From Bacteroidales bacterium (GTDB lineage: Bacteria > Bacteroidota > Bacteroidia > Bacteroidales > UBA12077), in contig DATFIZ010000123.1 of the NCBI GenBank assembly GCA_035269575.1, positions 1,054-65,053 of the forward strand: 64,000 nucleotides of DNA, read 5' to 3'. A model generated the notes under the pieces. It ran no database searches. It saw only the letters and a program-made list of their open reading frames with translations, and was not told where the DNA came from. The translations under genes and the position numbers were made by a program. Of the stretch, positions 57,221-64,000 are shown piece after piece (position 1 is the first letter of the stretch; every line of letters begins with the position of its first letter).

Positions 57221-58783
57221 TTAAAAGTTGGGAGTTAATTTGATAAATGGGATAATCATCTCTTCCATTGATATTCCGCCATGCTGAAATGTGTCTTTGT
57301 AATATTTTACGTAATAGTTGTAGTTGTTTGGATAGGCTAGAAAGTCGTTATTTAAGGCAAAAATGTATGATGTGCTGATATGTGACTTGGGTAAATGAAT
57401 TTTTTCTGGATTTGGGACTCCATATACTTCTTTGGACTTGTAATTCAGGCTTTTCCCGTTTTTGTAGCGTAAATTGGTCGATGTGTTTTTATCACCCACT
57501 ACTTTAATGGGATTTTTAACCCTTATCGTTCCATGGTCTGTTGTGATAAAAATTTTAACTTTCTCTTTTTGTAATTCTTTTATTAATGAAAACAATGGCG
57601 AATGTTTAAACCAGGATAAAGTTAGCGATCGGTAAGCCGGTTCGTCATTTGCAAGTTCACGTATCATCTCAATTTCAGTACGGGCATGCGAAAGCATATC
57701 AATGTAGTTGTAAACCAGAATGTTGAGCTGATTATTTAGAAGGTCCTGAATATTTTCTACAATTTTTTCCCCTTTTTTAAGTTGATTTACTTTTTCATAA
57801 GCGTATTTGTATTTTTTACTAAATCTTGATAATTGTTTTTCAAACAACTCTTTTTCTCTTAAATTTTTTCCCCCTTCTTCCTCATCATTTAACCATAAAT
57901 CAGGATATAGATTATTAATTTCAGCAGGCATTAATCCTGCAAAAATTGCATTTCTTGAATATTGAGTAGCTGTTGGTAATATACTGCAATACAACTCCTC
58001 GTTTTCTACTAAAAAGTAATCACTAATTAAAGGTTGTATCAACTTCCATTGATCGTATCGGAAATTGTCAATAATTATTAAGAATACTTTTTCACCTTTA
58101 TCCATTGCCGGGAAGATACGATCTTTAAACAGGTTAGGTGAAAGAATTGGTTTGGACTCTTTTTTTTCAGTAAACCAGGATTCGTAATTTTTTTGAATAA
58201 ATTTACCAAATCCTTTGTTTGCTTCGCTTTTCTGCATTTTGAATACTTCCTGCATACCCGAGTCCTTATTTTCTTCAAGCTCCAACTCCCAAAAAACAAG
58301 TTTTTTATATAGCTCAACCCATTGGCTAAAAGAGTTAGCCTCTGAAATTTGCATTCCAATTTTTCCAAACTCAGACTGGTAAGATGAAACGGCTTTTTCA
58401 GAAACCAATCGTTTGGTATCCGTATTTTTTTTTATGCTTAATAAGATTTGCTTTGGGTTTACCGGCTTTATTAAATAGTCAGCTATTTTTGAACCAATAG
58501 CTTCGTCCATGATATCTTCTTCTTCACTTTTGGTAATCATAATTACCGGGATCGCGGGTTTTTCTTCTTTAATAATGTTTAATGTTTGTAATCCGCTTAA
58601 TCCGGGCATATTCTCATCGAGAAAAATCAGGTCGAAGTTCTGTTCTCGTATCAGTTCAATCGCATCGTCCCCATTACTGGCAGTTACAACATCAAACCCT
58701 TTTTCTTTAAGAAAAATGATATGAGGTTTTAATAAATCAATCTCGTCATCGGTCCAGAGTATCTTTAACTGCTTCATTGGCAT
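57221..58783 (-). CDS. porX: Response regulator with a PglZ (alkaline-phosphatase-like) output domain, PorX-type T9SS regulator
   Basis: Receiver domain ILWTDDEIDLL...DLIFLDENMPGLSG...IMITKSEEE...KP. C-terminal PglZ-like part with SILPTATQYSRNAIFAG and ITTDHGT. ATG 58783 or 58777. Confidence 0.8.
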   Translation of the reverse strand: MPMKQLKILWTDDEIDLLKPHIIFLKEKGFDVVTASNGDDAIELIREQNFDLIFLDENMPGLSGLQTLNIIKEEKPAIPVIMITKSEEEDIMDEAIGSKIADYLIKPVNPKQILLSIKKNTDTKRLVSEKAVSSYQSEFGKIGMQISEANSFSQWVELYKKLVFWELELEENKDSGMQEVFKMQKSEANKGFGKFIQKNYESWFTEKKESKPILSPNLFKDRIFPAMDKGEKVFLIIIDNFRYDQWKLIQPLISDYFLVENEELYCSILPTATQYSRNAIFAGLMPAEINNLYPDLWLNDEEEGGKNLREKELFEKQLSRFSKKYKYAYEKVNQLKKGEKIVENIQDLLNNQLNILVYNYIDMLSHARTEIEMIRELANDEPAYRSLTLSWFKHSPLFSLIKELQKEKVKIFITTDHGTIRVKNPIKVVGDKNTSTNLRYKNGKSLNYKSKEVYGVPNPEKIHLPKSHISTSYIFALNNDFLAYPNNYNYYVKYYKDTFQHGGISMEEMIIPFIKLTPNF

Positions 58784-58846
58784 AAAAAAATTTAAATGCA
58801 ATTTATAAAATAACAAATAATAATGATTATCAAAACGTATTTTAAA

Positions 58847-61549
58847 TTAATCGGGATAATTGTTTCTAAAGTATATTAAATAATCACCCACAGATTTTTC
58901 TTCGAAAAGTTTTTCAAGGTTTTCTTCTGATATAATAAAATGCTGAAATTCATCTGATTTTATATCTCTAAAAATAGTTTTTTCTTCTATGGTAAACTGA
59001 TTATGATATTCTTTGGCTTTTTGAGCATTGTCAAAACGCTTAACAAGAATAATTTCAACAAATTCGTTTAGGCTATTATTATCGATATCATAATTTTCCT
59101 GAATAAAGAAATCGAGATTAAAGTTAATGAGATTAAATCTTAGTTGATTGATATCTGCTGATTTATTTATAGCAATACCCAATAAATGTTTACTCTCAGG
59201 ATTATAGTCATAAATTTCTGCAATCTCTTTCAGTTTTTCCTGAGTGATTTGTTCTGCGACATCATCGGTTTTTTCTTCATCACCGTGACTTGTCTCATCT
59301 TTATCATTAAATTGTTTTAGTTCGTTAGCACGGATAGTAGCTAGCATTTCTTCAGATAAGTTAGCCACAGGGTCGGCAGAGAATTCATCGATAATTTTTT
59401 CCAGTTCTTTTTTTATGGATGAGGCCCCATATAACTCACCCATTGAGAGCGTTTTGATAAACCTGTATTTAGGCTCATATTCGGTATGTTTATATTTTTT
59501 AAGCGCCTGATTGCTGCGCTGGATAACCTCTCTGTATTTTTTGTTTTTATATAGATTTAACGTTTGTGTATAATCATTTTTCTTTTCCTGTTCTTCCTCT
59601 TCATATTGTTTAAAATAATTAGGGTCGAGGAGTACTTTAGCATGCTTTGATTCAGGATAGTTCCTGATAATCATATTTTTATATACATTAGCCTGGCCCT
59701 GGTTGTTTTGTTGCTGATAAACTTTATATAAACCGTAATAAGCAGCAACTTTATATTCACTTTCCGGGTAACGATCGATTAATTCTTTATATGCATCAAT
59801 GGACAGGGAGTAATCTTTTAAATCATTACGGTATACTTCTCCCAGATTGTACAGGGCATTTTGTATTTTTTTATGCGAGACCTGCATTGCAGAATCTGTT
59901 AGAGGCAATTCTACAAGATAATATTCGGGTTTATTATCATCGAGTCCTTTTCTTGGGTCAAGAACTTCATCGCTTAGTTCATCCTGGTTAATTTGTTCAA
60001 TGCCTAATAATTGCTTGCTGGATCTACGCCAGTTGTCTTCCAGCTTTCGGTCTCCCCATTTTCTTCTAAATTCAGGCTCTCCAAAACTTTTTGCATCCTG
60101 ATTGTAGAAATACCATTTGCCGCTTTGATTATTTATTGCATAATTGCGATTGCGATTTCCCGGATAAATCTCCTGGTTATTGCGTTCTCTTTCTCTGCTT
60201 TGTTTTTCGGCTTCTTCTGTATTACGTTGTTGTATAATTTGTTGGATAAATCTTTTTCGTTCACTTTCGCTCATGGAAGCTACCTTTTGTATACTATCCT
60301 GGTGTTGTACTGTTTTTAGATTTTTAACCAGTTTGGATAGATAGGTGTTTTTTCTTGCCAACACTTTGTAATCCGGGAATTCAGGATCAAGCGATACAAT
60401 AGCACTGTCGAAGTAGGCTTGTGATTCCATGTAATTATGTTGATCGAAAAAAGTGTTTGCCAGTGCCAGGTAGGTTAATCCTTTTTGATTTCTATTACCC
60501 ATACTGTTTTGTGCAGATAATTGATAATATTTTATGGCTTTATTTATATTTTCACGATTCATTTCTAATTGCCCCAGCGCATAATAGATTTGATCCTGAT
60601 AGTCATCATTTTTTTCGTCTTTAAGCATTTTTAAAAGCTCTGCTTCTATGGTTTTCCCCGAGCGTTCGCTTCCTGAAAAAAGTGTAGCCCTCTTTATCTT
60701 TGAGTTAAAGGTCATCTCATAGGGCGGATTCATTTTAATTACTTTCTCATATAGTTTCGATGCTTCGTTAAACTGGTTAAGTTCTTCTTTAATCTGAGCC
60801 TGGATAAATGTTAGTCGTAATTTATCTTTTTTCTTTTTGGCTTGTTGCAAGGCCTCCTCAACAAATGGTCCGGCTTGTTTAACCATGTTTTGTTTAAGAT
60901 AGAAGTCTGCAGCCGTTAAGTTTCTTTCGTAGGTTATGTCTTCTGGATATTCAATGTCGGTTAAAATCAGGTCTAAGTATTCTTTTGCCTCCCGAAAATC
61001 TCTTAACTCGACGTTTGCCCTGACTAACCAATTGTAAGCAAGAAAACGTGTTTTTTTATCTTTAAATTGATTAATAATGTAATTAAATGTTTGTATGGCA
61101 CTCTGATATTCTGTTTGGTAGAAAAATGCCTTTCCCATTAACAGGTAAGCATCATCAATAAAAATATTGTATTCGTTTTTATTGTAAAATTCTTTATCTT
61201 TTGATGACAGGATGCCCTTTCCCTGATCGGGTTTGGCCGTTATGGAATGCATTTTTATAGACTTGCTCGATTTTTCAATCGTTCGATCCATTTGGGGTTT
61301 TAAACCAGCTGCTATTTCTTCATCGCCATACGTAAATATGGATAAAATTCTCGAGTAATCATCCTGATAACTTTCCCGGTATTTTTTAACCCCCTCTTTA
61401 AAACTTTCGCCTCCGTTAAAAAGGATATTGTATTTTGTGGTTAATGCATGATAAAACCGTGTTAATCCGGTATTCTTCTGTGTTGAACAACCCACCAGGA
61501 AAAACAATATTATTAAATAAAAAAAATAACTCCTTCTTATTTTTGTCAC
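58847..61549 (-). CDS. porW: TPR-repeat periplasmic lipoprotein, PorW/SprE-type T9SS component
   Basis: Lipobox LVGCS followed by TQKNTGLTRFYHALTTKYNILFNG, an N-terminal pattern I associate with SprE/PorW. Multiple TPR-like repeats. 900 aa. GTG start. Confidence 0.7.
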   Translation of the reverse strand: MTKIRRSYFFYLIILFFLVGCSTQKNTGLTRFYHALTTKYNILFNGGESFKEGVKKYRESYQDDYSRILSIFTYGDEEIAAGLKPQMDRTIEKSSKSIKMHSITAKPDQGKGILSSKDKEFYNKNEYNIFIDDAYLLMGKAFFYQTEYQSAIQTFNYIINQFKDKKTRFLAYNWLVRANVELRDFREAKEYLDLILTDIEYPEDITYERNLTAADFYLKQNMVKQAGPFVEEALQQAKKKKDKLRLTFIQAQIKEELNQFNEASKLYEKVIKMNPPYEMTFNSKIKRATLFSGSERSGKTIEAELLKMLKDEKNDDYQDQIYYALGQLEMNRENINKAIKYYQLSAQNSMGNRNQKGLTYLALANTFFDQHNYMESQAYFDSAIVSLDPEFPDYKVLARKNTYLSKLVKNLKTVQHQDSIQKVASMSESERKRFIQQIIQQRNTEEAEKQSRERERNNQEIYPGNRNRNYAINNQSGKWYFYNQDAKSFGEPEFRRKWGDRKLEDNWRRSSKQLLGIEQINQDELSDEVLDPRKGLDDNKPEYYLVELPLTDSAMQVSHKKIQNALYNLGEVYRNDLKDYSLSIDAYKELIDRYPESEYKVAAYYGLYKVYQQQNNQGQANVYKNMIIRNYPESKHAKVLLDPNYFKQYEEEEQEKKNDYTQTLNLYKNKKYREVIQRSNQALKKYKHTEYEPKYRFIKTLSMGELYGASSIKKELEKIIDEFSADPVANLSEEMLATIRANELKQFNDKDETSHGDEEKTDDVAEQITQEKLKEIAEIYDYNPESKHLLGIAINKSADINQLRFNLINFNLDFFIQENYDIDNNSLNEFVEIILVKRFDNAQKAKEYHNQFTIEEKTIFRDIKSDEFQHFIISEENLEKLFEEKSVGDYLIYFRNNYPD

Positions 61550-61680
61550 AGATAAAATAGATTTTTTTATTTGCTAAAATAACTCAAATTTTAAACAAAT
61601 AGTATGTAAAGAATTAATTTCCCTTTAAACAGGAATGATAAACGAGTTTTTTTGATTAAAAGAAATTTAGAGCACAGAAT

Positions 61681-64000
61681 TTACCGCGTCATTAAATATC
61701 CTCCTTTATCACCCCCTTCGGGGCCTAGTTCGATTAAGTAATCGGCTGCTTTATATAACCATGGATGATGTTCAATAATATAAAGCGTATGCCCCAGGTT
61801 ACGCAAATTTATCAATACTTTTAATAGTTTCTCTATGTCATAGAAATGGAGGCCTGTTGTAGGTTCATCAAATAAATACAGGCATTTTTTATGGTTTTGT
61901 TTGATTAATTCTTTGGCCAGCTTTAATCGTTGGGCTTCACCGCCGGAAAGAGTAGTTGCTGACTGACCCAGCTTTAGATGATCTAATCCCAAATCGTTTA
62001 ACAACTGGAATGATGTTTTTAGCTTCTCTTCGGAAGCAAATATCTCTGCTGCTTTATGTATCGTCATTTCCAGAATATCAGAAATGGTAAAATCATTCCA
62101 CTTGACTTGCAGTATATCCCGGCTAAACCTTTTCCCTTCACATATTGGGCAAGGGGTCCATACATCCGAAAGAAAATCCATAGCAACCTTTAACTGTCCC
62201 TGTCCTTTACAGTTTTCACATCTTCCCCCTTTTGCGTTAAAGGAAAAATGTGTTTTTTTTAGATTTTGATTTTTAGCAACTTTTGTCGAGGCAAAGAGTG
62301 CTCTTATTTCATCATAAATGCCAAGAAATGTTGCCGGTGTACTTAGTGGGTTGTTCCCAATAGGTGTTTGATCCATGGTTAGAATGCTATCAAATGCTTC
62401 AAAGCCCCGGATAGATTTGCAATTTATGGCGCTTTTTTTATGGGCCGATGAAGCAATTACATCAAACAATAAGCTGGATTTCCCACTTCCGGAAACTCCT
62501 GAAAAAACCGTTAATCCATTGATGGGTAATGTTAAATCTAAATTTTTAAGATTGTGGGCTTTTGCTCCTTTTATTCGTAACTTAAAATCTAATTCCAGAT
62601 TGGATTTTTGGATTTCGAATGAATAATTGTCCTGCAGGTATTTTGCTGTTAGCGTTTTATTGTTTTTTATGAATTTTTCAAGATTGCCTTCACCTATTAA
62701 TCTTCCACCTTTATCACCCGCCTTAGGACCTAATTCAATGATATGATGTGCCGACTTTATGATGTTCTCATCATGCTCAACCACCACAACGGTGTTATTT
62801 TCTGCAAGTTGGTGCAATAGTTTAATCAGGTTTTGTGTATCTTTTGAGTGCAAACCCACGGTAGGTTCATCCAAAACATAAGTGATTCCGGTTAATTCAC
62901 CACCGATTTGAGCGATCAACCTTAATCTTCTTCCTTCCCCTCCGGATAAGGTTCTAGTTCCCCGTTGAATGCTTAAATAGCCAAGCCCGATATTTTTCAT
63001 GGCCTTTAATTTCTCTTCGCATAAACGTATTATTTCTTTACTTATTCGTTGTTCTGAATTTGATAAAAATTTATTTAGGTTCTTAAAAAAAAGTATCGCT
63101 TCAGTGGTTTCCAGCGTGGCAAGATCTGCAATATTTTTACCGGCAACCTGGTATTTTAACGCTTCCTTGTTTAATCTTGAACCATTGCAATGATGGCATT
63201 TTATTTCTTTCATTAAAGCGGTTACGTCAGCACCTCCTTGCTTGTCATGTTTTCGAACGTATTCATCGTTAATATAATGTGTAAGTCCAGGCCATTTTCC
63301 TTTAAACCGGTGAATGCCTTCTCTGTTTTTACGTTTATAGTGCCAGGCTACCTCATATTCTTTATTCCCGGTTCCATATAATGCGATTTCTTTGGCTTTA
63401 TTACTTAAATCTATCCATGGTTTTGAAAAATCAATTTTTTGTTCTAACCCAACAGCATCTAAGGTAGCCATATACTGGCCATACGGATCGCCATAAAACT
63501 TGCCGGTTTTATTACCGTTCATGGCACCATTTTTTAATGGCCGTTCCGGCCGGGAAATTAACCGTTCGGGATCGCAGGTTAATTCAATCCCTAAGCCATT
63601 GCATACAGGACATGACCCCGCCTGATGATTAAATGAAAAATGATTGGAAAGCAGGGTGCATTTTTTCCCTTTTGGGTCTTTTGAAATCCTGGAATAGATT
63701 AATCGATATAAATCGTATAACCCCGTAATGGTACCAACTGTAGCCCTAGGATTGCGTGTAATCGATTTATTGTTAATGGCAATCGTTGGCGTTAATCCTA
63801 AACTTTCCACCATGTCAGGACGGGGCTTTTGTTGGATTAAACTTCTTGCATATGTAGAAAAACTTTCGGTAAACCGCAATTGCCCTTCGGTAAACAGCGT
63901 ATCGAAAGCCAATGAAGATTTTCCGCTACCACTAACTCCGGTAATTACGGTTAGCTTATTTATGGGAATTCTAACATCAATTTCTTTTAAGTTGTGTGTT
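61681..64000 (-). CDS. uvrA: UvrA-family ABC ATPase lacking the UvrB-binding domain (class II UvrA paralog); N-terminus beyond the window edge
   Basis: The frame stays open from 63912 to 64000 (THNLKEIDVRIPINKLTVITGVSGSGKSSLAFDTLFTEGQ). Two ABC modules (LSGGEGRRLRLIAQIG...VLDEPTVGLH and GVSGSGKSSL...LSGGEAQRLKLAKEL...LFDEPTTGLH). Zn modules CPVCNG, CHHCNG, and CENCKGQG...CPICEG. Confidence 0.85.
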   Translation of the reverse strand, partial: THNLKEIDVRIPINKLTVITGVSGSGKSSLAFDTLFTEGQLRFTESFSTYARSLIQQKPRPDMVESLGLTPTIAINNKSITRNPRATVGTITGLYDLYRLIYSRISKDPKGKKCTLLSNHFSFNHQAGSCPVCNGLGIELTCDPERLISRPERPLKNGAMNGNKTGKFYGDPYGQYMATLDAVGLEQKIDFSKPWIDLSNKAKEIALYGTGNKEYEVAWHYKRKNREGIHRFKGKWPGLTHYINDEYVRKHDKQGGADVTALMKEIKCHHCNGSRLNKEALKYQVAGKNIADLATLETTEAILFFKNLNKFLSNSEQRISKEIIRLCEEKLKAMKNIGLGYLSIQRGTRTLSGGEGRRLRLIAQIGGELTGITYVLDEPTVGLHSKDTQNLIKLLHQLAENNTVVVVEHDENIIKSAHHIIELGPKAGDKGGRLIGEGNLEKFIKNNKTLTAKYLQDNYSFEIQKSNLELDFKLRIKGAKAHNLKNLDLTLPINGLTVFSGVSGSGKSSLLFDVIASSAHKKSAINCKSIRGFEAFDSILTMDQTPIGNNPLSTPATFLGIYDEIRALFASTKVAKNQNLKKTHFSFNAKGGRCENCKGQGQLKVAMDFLSDVWTPCPICEGKRFSRDILQVKWNDFTISDILEMTIHKAAEIFASEEKLKTSFQLLNDLGLDHLKLGQSATTLSGGEAQRLKLAKELIKQNHKKCLYLFDEPTTGLHFYDIEKLLKVLINLRNLGHTLYIIEHHPWLYKAADYLIELGPEGGDKGGYLMTR

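Overview
AT-rich chromosomal segment that looks like a Bacteroidota genome. Supporting evidence: gldH, porX and porW/sprE gliding/T9SS genes, a TonB-dependent receptor plus surface lipoprotein pair, and TAnnTTTG -7 promoter boxes a short distance upstream of many start codons. I count about 50 protein genes, mostly housekeeping: pgk, holB, trmB, apbC, gatA, tatA, rseP, dxr, glsA, glnS, gltX, cysE/cysK, tcdA, nrdJ, waaA, ald, tsaE and a uvrA-like gene. There are two tRNAs (initiator Met and Cys) and a set of clear Rho-independent terminators. I saw no rRNA, CRISPR array, transposase, integrase, prophage or recognisable defence gene, so this is a core-genome window rather than an island. Five things stand out. 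(1) A candidate leader-peptide transcription attenuator lies upstream of cysE-cysK: a 25-codon uORF with three consecutive Cys codons, followed by mutually exclusive antiterminator and terminator helices. (2) Two complete, diverged phosphoglycerate kinase modules are fused in one open frame that runs off the left edge. (3) A 1040-aa TerB-like/ABCG-type transporter sits next to an orphan SiaC-like (DUF1987) protein and a helical lipoprotein. (4) A UvrA paralog lacks the UvrB-binding domain and runs off the right edge. (5) cysK is broken by a single-base homopolymer frameshift. All function calls come from reading the translations and recalling family motifs. No database search was run.
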